Source: a virus
Taxonomy: Duplodnaviria; Caudoviricetes
Direction: 5' to 3' (one strand)
Length of the DNA: 56,633 nucleotides
Virus record (IMG/VR): IMGVR_UViG_3300034053_000043
Coordinates: 1-56,633 of that record
The translations under genes and the position numbers were made by a program. The stretch's first letter is position 1, and each line of letters opens with the position of its first letter. Of this stretch, positions 34,044 to 44,517 are shown piece by piece. The notes below the pieces were generated by a model. It was not told the origin of the DNA. It saw only the letters and a program-made list of their open reading frames with translations, and did no database searches.

Positions 34044-34447
34044 CACAGCACCTGTGCAGCAATGAACATCGAATCGAGCTGCTCGCTTGTAAGCCCCAGC
34101 GATGCCCCCAGTGTCGACACAAGCGGGTGCGCCCGCTGAAGCTCGCTGCTGTAGTCCCACTCGATCCGCGCTGCCGTCTTTGCCGGCTCGGCCATGGCAT
34201 TGATGGCAGCCTCTACGTCGTCGAGCAAGCCGGCGCCGAGCAAGGCCAGGCGAGCCTGCCGCATCGTGACGGCAGCAGGAACAGGAGGCGGTGGCGCGGC
34301 CGGGCGAACGAACTGCCCGCCGCTGTATGTGTCGCCGGGCGATGCGTCGTTGCTGGCCACGGCGCCGGGCGCGTACTTGGCGATCCATCCCGCATCGGCT
34401 TCGACCACGTTGATAACCTGGTCGTCTTTGATGATTGCGTAGCGCAT
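34043..34447 (-). CDS. tail fibre assembly-like protein
   Basis: VTMRQARLAL...IEWDYS...LDSMF..A; follows the fibre gene. Confidence 0.65.
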   Translation of the reverse strand: MRYAIIKDDQVINVVEADAGWIAKYAPGAVASNDASPGDTYSGGQFVRPAAPPPPVPAAVTMRQARLALLGAGLLDDVEAAINAMAEPAKTAARIEWDYSSELQRAHPLVSTLGASLGLTSEQLDSMFIAAQVL

Positions 34448-34457
34448 CGCTGTCTCC

Positions 34458-35798
34458 TTACCACTGAGTCACGCGCACATGGCCTCGGCCGCCTGCGCCG
34501 CCCGCTGCGTTGGTTGAGTTTCTTGACCCGCCGCCGCCACCGGAGCCAACGCCACCCGCCGTGCCGTTAGCACCAGTGCCAGCTGGCGTCGTAGTGGCGC
34601 CACCAGTTCCAACCAGTGGATTGATGCCGCCAGACACGCCGGCCAACGTGGTCGAGCCTCCGCCGTTACCGCCATGGCCGCCGAGGTAGGACACGCCTCC
34701 GAGCCCGCCAACGCCAGGATTCGATGTACCAAGCCCGCCACCCGCCCCGCCGCCTGCGCCGCCGTAGATCGCGTCAGCGCCAGCGCCGCCTGTCTTGCCG
34801 TCCGTTGTCGTGCTGGTGCCGCCACCGCCGCCGCCCGCCCCGCCGCCGATGCTGCGGGTGTCGTTGTGAGTCGCTGCGGTTCCGTTGGTGTCGGCAGCCG
34901 CTCCGGCCGGGCCGGCAACGCCGGACGAGTTGCTGCTGCTCTTGCCGGCGGTGCCGCCAGCGCCTCCCGTGGACGCAGCGCTGGCGCCGCCTGTGCTTCC
35001 TTGGCCGTAGCCACCGCCACCGCCGCCGCCGCCTGGGCCGCTGTTGTTGGCCTTTGCCCCACCGCCACCGCCTCCAGCCGCCGCGACGAGTGATGCCGCG
35101 CCGAAAAGGGAGTTACCGCCTACGCCACCGGCAGAGCCAGCGCCGCCAGCAGCGCCACCAGATCCAACAGTGACGGTTTCGGTCGCGCTCAGTGACGAGG
35201 CGAGAAAAAAGCTGCGCGCGTAGCTGCCGCCACCGCCGCCGCCGCCGCCTCCCATGGTCAACGCGCCGCCGCCGCCGCCGCCAGCGCCCAGGCACTCCAC
35301 CATCACAAACTGGCCCTGACCTTTTGTCCAGGTGCCAGAGCTGGTGAAGTCGGTAACGGTCGATGCACCTTGACTCAGCGGCGCAGTCAGCAGCACGTCC
35401 CACGACGCGATGGTGCCGCTGCCGCCGACGTGGCTTACCGTCACATCAAGCGCGCCGGTGCCTGTGGTGTATGCGCTGACGATGCCAAACATCCAATTCG
35501 CGCGGTTTGCCGTGCTGCTGATCACCACGCCCTGGCCTGACGCGAAGCCCAACCCAGTCTGCGTGGTCAACGACTTGGCGCCGACGCCAATAGTTAGGCT
35601 CGTGCTGCTTGTGCCGCGTGCCAATGCGTCGTTGGTCTGAGCGGCTACAAAGGCGGCAGCCGCGTTAAGCTCCGCTGCAACGCTGTTGGCTTCAGCCCCA
35701 AACGTGGGCAGCGCCGCCAAAAACGCATCGACGCGCGACTCGAACGTTGTGCTGTCCGCGCGGCTCGGCGGTTCCGGCAAGTCGGTAATGGTAGTCAT
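34458..35798 (-). CDS. glycine-rich tail fibre / receptor-binding protein
   Basis: FTSSGTWTK...GAGGGGG repeats; position in the tail module. Confidence 0.75.
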   Translation of the reverse strand: MTTITDLPEPPSRADSTTFESRVDAFLAALPTFGAEANSVAAELNAAAAFVAAQTNDALARGTSSTSLTIGVGAKSLTTQTGLGFASGQGVVISSTANRANWMFGIVSAYTTGTGALDVTVSHVGGSGTIASWDVLLTAPLSQGASTVTDFTSSGTWTKGQGQFVMVECLGAGGGGGGALTMGGGGGGGGGSYARSFFLASSLSATETVTVGSGGAAGGAGSAGGVGGNSLFGAASLVAAAGGGGGGAKANNSGPGGGGGGGGYGQGSTGGASAASTGGAGGTAGKSSSNSSGVAGPAGAAADTNGTAATHNDTRSIGGGAGGGGGGTSTTTDGKTGGAGADAIYGGAGGGAGGGLGTSNPGVGGLGGVSYLGGHGGNGGGSTTLAGVSGGINPLVGTGGATTTPAGTGANGTAGGVGSGGGGGSRNSTNAAGGAGGRGHVRVTQW

Positions 35799-36694
35799 CA
35801 GATCATCCCTTGTATTTCAAGGCTGCAATAGCAAAAAACAGGGCCTGGCACCTCAATCTGAAAGTCGCGCGCATAGCCAAAGATCGTCAGCGGCGCGTAT
35901 TTGTCTGAGTAGTCAGGCTCGGCCACCCAGACGCACGGCACAGAGTCAAGTTCGGTCAGCAGCGCATGCACGCGCTTGAATGACGAGGTGTCGAGCTTGA
36001 GATTTAGACTCATTCGCTTAGCAGACAGCCGGCGCACAATCTGAGTAACACCAAACGTATTTTGCTCTATACGTGAGTAAGACGTTATGCCAGCACGCGC
36101 GCCAGTGAGCACGTCGCCAATCTCAAACGAGTTGCCAAAGACAACACCGCCGACGCGAGCCGTGCCCGACGTTTTGGTGACAGTGACGGTTACTTGACCG
36201 TTCAGGTAGTACGGCAGTCCGTCGATGATCTTTTGAGTCGCATACGTAAACGGCTCGAAGAAATAATCAGTCCATGTTGCGATGTTCGATTCGACGAGGC
36301 GAACGGTCGACGTGAACACCTCGGTTGCTCCGTCGTGCATCGTGACGGTCGCTGTGTCGGCCTCAACATCCAGCAGCACAACGCTGTTGATGTACCCAGG
36401 CGCGACAACTACGGTTATCGGGCTGCTGTCCGATGACCCGGTGTTGATCTGCTGATCGAACATGGCCCATCGGTTCGTCGGCCCGATCTCAAGCCACCAT
36501 GCGTCCGATGTCTCGCCGGTCGGCGTGTGGTTCGTGTTCGAGCCTTGCAGCGACTCGTAGATGTAGTGCTCATGGATCACCCGAGCCGCGAGCGCGTATG
36601 TCGTGGCGCTGCTCCACGCGCTGTGCTCGGCCTCGGTCAGAGTCGAGCTGACAAACTCGGAATCTGTGATAGCGACTGGGCGAACGACTTTCAT
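35798..36694 (-). CDS. tail tip structural protein
   Basis: Directly after the tape measure gene; WLEIGPTNRWAMFD. Confidence 0.7.
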   Translation of the reverse strand: MKVVRPVAITDSEFVSSTLTEAEHSAWSSATTYALAARVIHEHYIYESLQGSNTNHTPTGETSDAWWLEIGPTNRWAMFDQQINTGSSDSSPITVVVAPGYINSVVLLDVEADTATVTMHDGATEVFTSTVRLVESNIATWTDYFFEPFTYATQKIIDGLPYYLNGQVTVTVTKTSGTARVGGVVFGNSFEIGDVLTGARAGITSYSRIEQNTFGVTQIVRRLSAKRMSLNLKLDTSSFKRVHALLTELDSVPCVWVAEPDYSDKYAPLTIFGYARDFQIEVPGPVFCYCSLEIQGMI

Positions 36695-36698
36695 GCTT

Positions 36699-39600
36699 TT
36701 AGGCCCTCACGTCCGGCATGCCTTCGCCGTCCCATCGATCAAGCTGCCGAGCCGTCCTGCCCGTGTTTGTCGCAGTAGCCACCAGCACAGATTCGAGCGC
36801 CGACACTTTTTCATTCAGCCTGCGGACTTCTGCCACCAGCACGTCGTTGGCTCGGTCTGGGTTGCGCATCATCGCCATGAGCTGCGCGTTATCCGCAGCA
36901 GGCACGATTCGCTCGCCCTCATGGATGCGAGCAACCATGTCGGCCGGGACGTAGTTCGTGCCGACTTCGAAGGCCGGCAAGCCCTGCGATAGCGCCCACT
37001 GCAAAGACGTGCCGCGCGGCCAGCCGCCCAGGGCGTCAACGGTGTAACTGCTAATGCCGTTTTGGACCGCTAGGTCATAAATCCGGCGTAGGTTCCCCTG
37101 GCTGACCAGCGTCTTGATCGTGTCTGTGATCTGGGCCGCCGTGAAGCCGGCGATTGTGGATTGCGCGTCACTTAGCGCCGCCGTTGTGCCAGACGTAAAC
37201 CCGGCCAGCGCATCAACCCCTGAGAGGCTGATGCCGACAGTGTTTGCGGCAGTCGCAATGTTCCCAGCGGTGCGGCCTGTGATCTGCTGGTCGACGAAGT
37301 TGCGGGCATCGCCAACCGTAAACACGCTGTCATTGACGCCTTGCACAATGGCCTGATCGACTGGCTGACCGACGACGCGAGTAGCCACTGCTCCGGCCCT
37401 GTCGGCCCACACTTGCGTGTGTCCGCTAGTCACCCATGCGTCGGTAACTGCGGCTGTGCCATCGGGCTGCTGACCTCCGGTGGCCGACGCAAATGCAGAC
37501 AGCGCCGTGTTGAGCCCGTTCAGCGCTGCGGCTACGCTTTCGAGAGCGCTGGTGTTGTTGCCGACGACGGCATCGTATGCGGCTTGCGCTTGCTCCCACT
37601 GCCCGTCAAGCTCAGCTAGCGTTCGCTCAAGCTCGCCGCTTAGCTTTTCAAGGATGCTGTCGCTGGTTTCCTGAGTGGCATCCAGCGAAGCACGCGCAAC
37701 AGTCTCCCGCACGTCAATTCCGGCGAGGTTGTTGTCGAGGCTCGTTCGCAGCTGGTCGAGACTTCCTTGAGCACGTTCACGCTGGGCGTCAAGCTGCTGT
37801 CGAGACAGATCGTTAGCCTTCTCAAGCGCATCAAGCTGAGCGTCAAGCCGCAGAAGCGTTGTCTCGTGCTGCGTGCTGAGCGTGTCGCTGAGTTCGAGCG
37901 TGGCGTCAAGCTGAGTCTGTGCCTGGTCGAGTTGATCGCCCGCAATCTGGCCGAGGTCGCGGATGTCGATCTGCGTGCGGTAGAAGTCGCGCGCATAGTC
38001 GACAAAGGACGAAAACAGATCTGCACTCGGCCGCGCCAGTGTCTGCAATGAGTCGCGCAGATCGTCGGCTGCTGGCAGCTGCCCGCCCGCTCGGGCTTGC
38101 GCAAGCGCTTCGCGGATCTGCGCTTGTGCCCGACTGCGGTCCGACATCTCGCTGCCGATGGGCCGCATGCTGCGCAGCGTGCCGTCGATTGCATCGCGCA
38201 GACCAGCCAGCCGGCCAACGGCCTGGCGCGCCGAATCGATGGTCTTGGTAAGCGCATCGGCAGCAGACTTGTACGTGTCTTGAGCCGATTCACGCTCAGC
38301 ACGCAATGCGTCGTGTGAGTCCTTGTATGCGTCCTGCTGTGCTTTGAGTTGCCGTTCGATGCCGTCAATCTCGGCGCGGATGGCTGCGCTGCGCACGTCG
38401 TACTCATCACGCAAGGCCTTTCTCTCAGCGTCCAGGCCTTTCTTGATTACATCGAATCGCGCCTGCGCCTCGTCCGTCTGCTGGCCGATCATCCCAGCGG
38501 ATGTGTCGAATGCAGTCTGGGCCTCCGAGCGTTTGGCGTCGATTGTGTTGCGCACACGCGAGAGCGCGTCAGACGCGGCATCTCCAAGTTGCTGCTGCAT
38601 CTCGGTCAATGCGTCGGCGAGCGCCTTTACCGCGTCGGCAGCGTCCTCTGCCGCTTGCTTTGCAAGGTCAGCGGCTTCGATCTCGTCTTCAAGCGCGGTG
38701 ATGCGGTCATACAGCGCGCGGTTGCTCGGGTCAATGGTCTCTCGCTCACGGCGGCGAAGCTCGACGGTGTTGCCTTGCAAAGCAAGCAGCTTTTCTTCAA
38801 GGCCGACCCGCTCCTGAGCGATGTCTTCCACAGAGCGCGCCGCTGGCGTGATGGCCGCGAAAGCATCAGCAACACCCATAAGGGCGCCAAAAGCCTTGCG
38901 TCCGCTTTCGGTGCTCAGGTCTTGGGCGTCAACCAACGCGCGGAAGCCGTCTCGTGTGTCCGGAAGCTTCAGCCCGACATCGCCAAGCGTTACGCCAAGT
39001 TGTTTTGTGGTTAGCGCAGCGCGCTCGGCTTCTGTGTAGTAGGCGCCAACGTATGAGCCTATTTGCTCCTTGAACTGCTCCAGGCCGCCGAATGCAGAAA
39101 CAAGCGCATACCTTGCATCGCTTGACATTTCTGCAAGCCTGCTAAAGGCGCCACCGAGTCCGCCAAGCTGCTCATCAAGCGCGTCGAGCTGCGCAAATGT
39201 TCCACTGATACCATCGAGCATGCCGACCATGGCCTGATTCAATGCCTGGGCCTGCTCTAGCGGGTCTCCGAATTGCTTGACGATTTCAGGCGTGATGCGC
39301 TCAAGCTCAGCCGGGATCTTCGCCAGCGAAGCCTTAATCCAGTCGGCCGCGTCTGACCCCTGCATGGCCGTGGCAAACGCCCCGGCGCTGCGTGCCACGA
39401 GCTGCGGGGCTGCCACGTCTGCATCCCAGCTCAGATCGGTCTGCATGCCGGTTGAGGCTAGTTCGCTGTTACCTGCCCCAAGGAACTTGATTTGCCCCCA
39501 TGACGGATTCGCACGGTCTGACTCAAAGACGACTTGCGTGCCCTGGATGGGAGACGTTGCTTTGACGCCTGCCGCGAACGTGTCTGCGAAGCTGAACAGC

Positions 39601-42461
39601 GACGAGGCCAGGGTGTCCGACAGCTTTTGGATGTCGGGGATGTAGACCCCCTGCTCCTTCATGCCGGCGATGGTGTCGGCATCCAGCGTATTTGCCCCTG
39701 GAATGTCGGCCGCAATGTTGCGTACGCCTGATCTATCCGCCTGGCTGTAGCCGCCGAGGTGCAGCGACCAGTCGGCCATTTGGTCGGCGCCGATAGCGTA
39801 GGCGATGGCCGCGATGGCGTACGGGCCGATGGTGGACATGGCGCTGGCAGAGGAAGATCCGGCGCCCATTGCGCCTCCTGCTCCATCTGTCACGGGGCCG
39901 ACAGTGCCTGCCCCCATGCTTGCAGATGATCCGCGATAGCCGGCCATAAATTGTTCGTAAGTGCCGCCTGCCACGGTCCCGTCGCTGTATGTCCTGTATG
40001 CGCCATATGCGTCCTTGGCGCCTCTGTACGCGCCGCCCCACGACATGCCGCCACCATCGGCTGATGCGCCTCCTTTGCCTGTTGCCCAACCGATGAACTC
40101 GTTCACGCCGTACTGCACAAGCGGGCGCAGCACCAAGTTCTTGAACAGCCGTTCCAGCTGCTTGCCCGCATCCCGTCCGCCGTCCATGATGATGTCGACC
40201 ATGGTCGCGCTGACTTCGGCAAACGCAGATTCCCACGCTCGCGCAGCATCATCTGCGGCGCGACGGTTCGCGTCAGCGATGTCGCGCCCGCCGATCAGGC
40301 CCGCCAGCTCGCGCTGCTTCTCGATCTGCCGGTCAAGTGAGGCCAGCTTTTCGGGATCGTTTTGCAGCGCCGCGCGGCTGTCTTCCATGCGCCGAAGCGT
40401 CACAAGGGCCACGGCATGCGCTAGGCTGATGTGCTTAGACTCGGATAGTGCTTGCGCCTCAATCTCGTCGTGCAACGCAGACACACGCCCAGCCATGGCC
40501 GCTTCGGCGTCCTGCATGGCCTTCACGGACGCCTGCTCAGCGGCAGCAATCTCGCGCTCGCCCTCAGCCCGCAGCTCCTGCATGCCGATATACGTTTTGT
40601 AGTCCTGCTGTACGGTCTTGATCGCAGCGGCTTCGGCCTTGCCGCGCTCGATTGCTGCGCTTGCCGCTGCGTAGGCCTGCACAGCCATCGTGCGCATTGC
40701 GTCGGTGTGCTGTTGATAGGCGTCAGACTTCAGGTAGCCGATGAGTTCCTGCTGCGCCTTGTTCAGGCCCAGCGTTTTGCCGGTGGCCTCGTCCTCGATG
40801 TCCGCCGCTTCGGCCAGGGCCTTGGCCCATTCCTTTGCAGCATCGCGTTGCCGATCAAGCGCCGCAGAGCCTTCTTTGTTGGCCTGCGCGCCTTTGGTCG
40901 ACTGCGCCACCAGAGCCTGTGCGATCTTCGCCTGCTCGGCCTGCGACAGCCCCAGGCGGCGCGATGCCTCGTCCAGTTCGATAAGGCTTTTCACCAGGGC
41001 CGTGTTGACGCCTAGCGCCTTGTTGCGAAGCTCTGTTATCACGGCCTGCGCACCCGCGTCGATCTTCGCCGCCTTGGCGAGGTCGTCAGCAGACCCGCCT
41101 CGGTCGCCGCCACGGTCAGCCCCGGCCCCGCCTTGCAGCCGCTTCAGGCCGGCATATGCGAGTTCGGTGCGGGCAATGTAGGCCTCAAGGTCACCAATCT
41201 GGCTGCGCAGGTAGATGCCTGGCTTGGCCCCGCCCAGCGCAACGAGCGATGCCATTTCAGTACGGGCGCCCGTCAGCCGCTGCTCCAGCGTGTTGACCTG
41301 TTCGGCCGTTGTCTGGAATGCCAGCGGCATCCCGCGCACGTTCTCGTTTAGCCCGGCCATGCCGCCGGTCAGGGCGTTGATCGTGCTGTTGAGCTTGCTG
41401 GCGCCAGTGTTGAGCAGTTCGAACCCGCCCCTGCCCAGCGCCAGCGCGCCAGCCGCGCCAAGTTGGCTGACGAACCCGGCGCCTGAGGACTCAGCGCGCG
41501 CCATGGCCTCGCCGAGCCGGCCAATGTCATTAGCCGCCGCTTGTGCGATGCCGCTGATGCTCTTGGTCGCGCCGGACGCCTTGTCCATTTGCCCAGCCAA
41601 ATGCACGGCGGCATTGCCAAGCTGTGTCATGGCCTGCGCCACGGTAACGACGCTGTCCTTAACCTCGCCAGACAGCACCTTAGCCTGCGCCTCAAGCGCG
41701 CCCAGCACCGCCTGCGAGGTGAGCTTGCCCTCTTGCCCCATCGTGCGAAGCGCGCCGATGCTCACGCCCAGCCCGTCAGCAATGGCCTTGGCAAGCCTTG
41801 GGGTCTGCTCAAGGATCGAGTTCAGTTCCTCGCCGCGCAGCGTGCCGGACGCGAAGCCCTGCCCCAACTGCACCAGCGCCGCATTCATGCTCGCTGCACT
41901 GCCGCCGCTGATCGCCATAGCGTTGCCGATGGCCTCGGTGACGGTCAGCAGTCGCGCCTGGCTGATTCCCATTTCCTGGGTTGCACGCGAGATCGATGCA
42001 AACGTCGCGCCAAGATCCATGAAACTCGTCCGGCTGCGCTGAGCGATGCCGAACAGCTCTGCATATGCGGTCTTGGCATCGCTCGCGCTGCTGCTGGCCA
42101 GCCGCAGTTGGTTGTTGAGCACCGTCACCGCGTCAGCCGTTTGCACGAACTGACGGGCAACGGCCGCAAGACTCAGCCCGCCGATGACGCCTTTCACTGC
42201 GGACAGCGATCCGCCAAGGGCGTTTGCCGCAGTGCCGGCATCACCCATGCCGCGCGCCATCTCGCCGGTTGCCGATCCAGTTTCGCGCGCGCTCTTGGCG
42301 ACGGCGCCCATAGGCGCAGACGCCTTGCCAACGGCTGCGCCTAGCGCATTTGCAGCGCCCTCGGCCTTACCCGCCGCCGCAGTGAGCCCGTCGAGGTCGA
42401 CGTATGCCTTTTTGACATCCGTCGAATCGACGCCTAGCTTCAGAACTGATTCTGTGGTCAT
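36699..42461 (-). CDS. tape measure protein
   Basis: 1920 aa, Ala-rich helical; LRGEELNSILEQ; C-terminal GTNYVP.DM.ARIHEGE. Confidence 0.92.
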   Translation of the reverse strand: MTTESVLKLGVDSTDVKKAYVDLDGLTAAAGKAEGAANALGAAVGKASAPMGAVAKSARETGSATGEMARGMGDAGTAANALGGSLSAVKGVIGGLSLAAVARQFVQTADAVTVLNNQLRLASSSASDAKTAYAELFGIAQRSRTSFMDLGATFASISRATQEMGISQARLLTVTEAIGNAMAISGGSAASMNAALVQLGQGFASGTLRGEELNSILEQTPRLAKAIADGLGVSIGALRTMGQEGKLTSQAVLGALEAQAKVLSGEVKDSVVTVAQAMTQLGNAAVHLAGQMDKASGATKSISGIAQAAANDIGRLGEAMARAESSGAGFVSQLGAAGALALGRGGFELLNTGASKLNSTINALTGGMAGLNENVRGMPLAFQTTAEQVNTLEQRLTGARTEMASLVALGGAKPGIYLRSQIGDLEAYIARTELAYAGLKRLQGGAGADRGGDRGGSADDLAKAAKIDAGAQAVITELRNKALGVNTALVKSLIELDEASRRLGLSQAEQAKIAQALVAQSTKGAQANKEGSAALDRQRDAAKEWAKALAEAADIEDEATGKTLGLNKAQQELIGYLKSDAYQQHTDAMRTMAVQAYAAASAAIERGKAEAAAIKTVQQDYKTYIGMQELRAEGEREIAAAEQASVKAMQDAEAAMAGRVSALHDEIEAQALSESKHISLAHAVALVTLRRMEDSRAALQNDPEKLASLDRQIEKQRELAGLIGGRDIADANRRAADDAARAWESAFAEVSATMVDIIMDGGRDAGKQLERLFKNLVLRPLVQYGVNEFIGWATGKGGASADGGGMSWGGAYRGAKDAYGAYRTYSDGTVAGGTYEQFMAGYRGSSASMGAGTVGPVTDGAGGAMGAGSSSASAMSTIGPYAIAAIAYAIGADQMADWSLHLGGYSQADRSGVRNIAADIPGANTLDADTIAGMKEQGVYIPDIQKLSDTLASSLFSFADTFAAGVKATSPIQGTQVVFESDRANPSWGQIKFLGAGNSELASTGMQTDLSWDADVAAPQLVARSAGAFATAMQGSDAADWIKASLAKIPAELERITPEIVKQFGDPLEQAQALNQAMVGMLDGISGTFAQLDALDEQLGGLGGAFSRLAEMSSDARYALVSAFGGLEQFKEQIGSYVGAYYTEAERAALTTKQLGVTLGDVGLKLPDTRDGFRALVDAQDLSTESGRKAFGALMGVADAFAAITPAARSVEDIAQERVGLEEKLLALQGNTVELRRRERETIDPSNRALYDRITALEDEIEAADLAKQAAEDAADAVKALADALTEMQQQLGDAASDALSRVRNTIDAKRSEAQTAFDTSAGMIGQQTDEAQARFDVIKKGLDAERKALRDEYDVRSAAIRAEIDGIERQLKAQQDAYKDSHDALRAERESAQDTYKSAADALTKTIDSARQAVGRLAGLRDAIDGTLRSMRPIGSEMSDRSRAQAQIREALAQARAGGQLPAADDLRDSLQTLARPSADLFSSFVDYARDFYRTQIDIRDLGQIAGDQLDQAQTQLDATLELSDTLSTQHETTLLRLDAQLDALEKANDLSRQQLDAQRERAQGSLDQLRTSLDNNLAGIDVRETVARASLDATQETSDSILEKLSGELERTLAELDGQWEQAQAAYDAVVGNNTSALESVAAALNGLNTALSAFASATGGQQPDGTAAVTDAWVTSGHTQVWADRAGAVATRVVGQPVDQAIVQGVNDSVFTVGDARNFVDQQITGRTAGNIATAANTVGISLSGVDALAGFTSGTTAALSDAQSTIAGFTAAQITDTIKTLVSQGNLRRIYDLAVQNGISSYTVDALGGWPRGTSLQWALSQGLPAFEVGTNYVPADMVARIHEGERIVPAADNAQLMAMMRNPDRANDVLVAEVRRLNEKVSALESVLVATATNTGRTARQLDRWDGEGMPDVRA

Positions 42462-42754
42462 TGTTTTGGCGGATGCATGGCTGCTAACGCAGCGTCTTGG
42501 AGCACTTGCAGATCAGCGAATATCTGGTCGCGGTGCTTGCGCTTTTTCACGCGCAGCCGCTCCCACACTTCAGGCAGCGTGCCGAAGTCAAGGCCGGCAG
42601 CGCCACCGAATGAGTAGCGCCACTGCCTGCGCATGACGATGAAGACTTCGACCGACTTCTCGTTGTCAGGCCAAACGACTGTCTCGTCTTCGAGGTCTTC
42701 TGCAACGAATCCGAAGCCGGCTATCTCCGATGCTGTCGGGGCGGCCCGATACAT
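42458..42754 (-). CDS. DUF1799-like tail assembly chaperone extension (gpT-like)
   Basis: VWPDN...QWR....G..GLD; in the -1 frame of the upstream chaperone. Confidence 0.75.
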   Translation of the reverse strand: MYRAAPTASEIAGFGFVAEDLEDETVVWPDNEKSVEVFIVMRRQWRYSFGGAAGLDFGTLPEVWERLRVKKRKHRDQIFADLQVLQDAALAAMHPPKQ

Positions 42755-42771
42755 GGCCTCCCCGACTCGCC

Positions 42772-43233
42772 TCAGTTTCCCAAGCGGCCTTCAGCGATGC
42801 TCGTGCGGTAGTCGTTCATAACCGCCGACGCCGTTGCGTTGTACATCCGGATCATCTTGGCGATGTTCTCTGCCGTGAACTCGTAGCCTTCGACGTTCCA
42901 GTCGCTGGCGCATTCGAGGATCACAGCGACATCGCGCTTGATGCCTTCAGCGGCGCGGGACTTCAGATCAGGGATCGGCTCGATGTAGGTCTCGCCGCTG
43001 GCCTCTGCGGTTTCCCGTGCGGCCTGCTCGGCGGCTTCCTCATCCTTGACGCGCAGCAGATTGGCTCGACCATCTGCAATCCAGCGCTCGGTGAGGTCGG
43101 CCATCTCATCGCGCGTGCGATGCTTGAACACAAACTCAACCGACAGCGGCTTGCCATCGGGGGTCGGAATCTTGACCTCGCGTTTGAACGTGATCTGCTC
43201 GCCGGGGTCGAGTTTCAGGCGTACTTTGGCCAT
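42772..43233 (-). CDS. tail assembly chaperone (gpG-like)
   Basis: Between tail tube and tape measure; ends RLGN over a slippery site. Confidence 0.8.
   Translation of the reverse strand: MAKVRLKLDPGEQITFKREVKIPTPDGKPLSVEFVFKHRTRDEMADLTERWIADGRANLLRVKDEEAAEQAARETAEASGETYIEPIPDLKSRAAEGIKRDVAVILECASDWNVEGYEFTAENIAKMIRMYNATASAVMNDYRTSIAEGRLGN
42775..42781 (-). other. -1 programmed frameshift site G GGA AAC
   Basis: XXXYYYZ heptamer; the -1 frame joins ORF 42458-42754. Confidence 0.8.
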
Positions 43234-43337
43234 GTTTGCTCTTTCGTGGGGTTGTTTGTTTTGAGTGGGGCAAAAAGCCGCCCATGCCGAAGCGCAAGCG
43301 GAAAGGGCCGCCATTGCGGCGGCCACCCCAAACATGA

Positions 43338-43988
43338 TCAGGACGTGTAGCGGGTCGGGCGAGCCAACAGGCTGATGGACGCCTCAACCTGCATGGGCTG
43401 ATTGACGTTCATAGTCGGCGTCTCGCGGAAGCCGACATAGCCGTTGTAGAGAAGGATCGCGCCGCTCGGCAGGACGATCTTGAAGGCGCGCTTCAGCCGA
43501 TCCTCGCCAGCGGCCTTCAGCGCCGCATAACCCGACAGCGATGAGTCATCGCCGAGTGTCAGCGTCATGGTGTACGCAGACTGCACGGTAGGCATGCGGA
43601 CAACAGAATCAGCTTCGAGCAACTGGTACTCGGCGAACTGCTGCTCGCCACCAGACGAAGACGTGCCAAGAATCTGCGTGATCTGGGTCCAGCCAGAGAT
43701 TGCGCGGATAGACCCGGCCCCCCCGCCGGTTGGGTGCGTCGCGGTGCTGCTGGCGTCGTAGCCCTCGTATGTGATCACCGATGCCGATGCAGCCGCTGCG
43801 CGCACGATGCGCTGATCCAGGCGCGACCAGCCCGAAGTGACTTCGATGAAGTCCCCCGTGCTGATCCCGTGGGCCGCGCTGGTGGTGGCGACGGCCGGGT
43901 TTGCGCTCGTCACGGCGGAAACCGTGTCGGCAGCGGCATAGCCGGAAGCGATGTAAACAAATGCGCCGTTAGGCAGTGAGATGGCCAT
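43338..43988 (-). CDS. major tail tube protein
   Basis: MAISLPNGA...SGW..L...SSGGEQQF; position. Confidence 0.85.
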   Translation of the reverse strand: MAISLPNGAFVYIASGYAAADTVSAVTSANPAVATTSAAHGISTGDFIEVTSGWSRLDQRIVRAAAASASVITYEGYDASSTATHPTGGGAGSIRAISGWTQITQILGTSSSGGEQQFAEYQLLEADSVVRMPTVQSAYTMTLTLGDDSSLSGYAALKAAGEDRLKRAFKIVLPSGAILLYNGYVGFRETPTMNVNQPMQVEASISLLARPTRYTS

Positions 43989-44059
43989 GATTAGAGCCCC
44001 TTTCAGAAACGAAAAACCGGCACGAGGCCGGTCGGTTACGCCCTTGACAGGGCACAAAT

Positions 44060-44080
44060 AAGCCCGCACGAAGCGGGCTT
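44060..44080. terminator. hairpin, possible terminator
   Basis: AAGCCCGC-ACGAA-GCGGGCTT. Confidence 0.5.
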
Positions 44081-44100
44081 AACTGGTTGGCCTTGCGGGC

Positions 44101-44517
44101 TTAACTGGTCACATGAGCCGCGTAGTAGCAGCTCACCGGCACGGCATACATGCCTGGCTCTCCAGGCAGTTGCGGCCCGCGTGATATGGGCTGGCGCAGA
44201 GTCACGGTCACGCCGCCTGCTGTCAGCGGAGTGGCGGGGCTGAATGCGGCATCCAGCGATGCCACCAGCGCATCGGCCGCAGCCGGGCCGGTGCCCTCTG
44301 GCATACAAAGCGTGATCTGATAGACCCCGGTGTAGGCGCGGTCTGTGCGGTCAAGAAACAGGCTCTCGGTGTCCGCTGGAAGCAAGTAGGAACGTGCGTA
44401 AGCGGTCCCTGCGGTCGGGGTGAACTCGACGTTCTCCCAGGCCACGGACAGGCTCTGCGCGGTCGCCCAGGTATCAAGCGCGGACTCAAGGGCGCGGCGC
44501 ACGAGGGCTTGGGTCAT
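44101..44517 (-). CDS. tail terminator (DUF4128-like)
   Basis: VAWENVEF...YTGVYQI....GTG; position. Confidence 0.75.
   Translation of the reverse strand: MTQALVRRALESALDTWATAQSLSVAWENVEFTPTAGTAYARSYLLPADTESLFLDRTDRAYTGVYQITLCMPEGTGPAAADALVASLDAAFSPATPLTAGGVTVTLRQPISRGPQLPGEPGMYAVPVSCYYAAHVTS

Noticed and set aside
34460-35300. GCC/CCG-rich low-complexity repeats
   Set aside because: Explained by poly-glycine codons of the tail fibre
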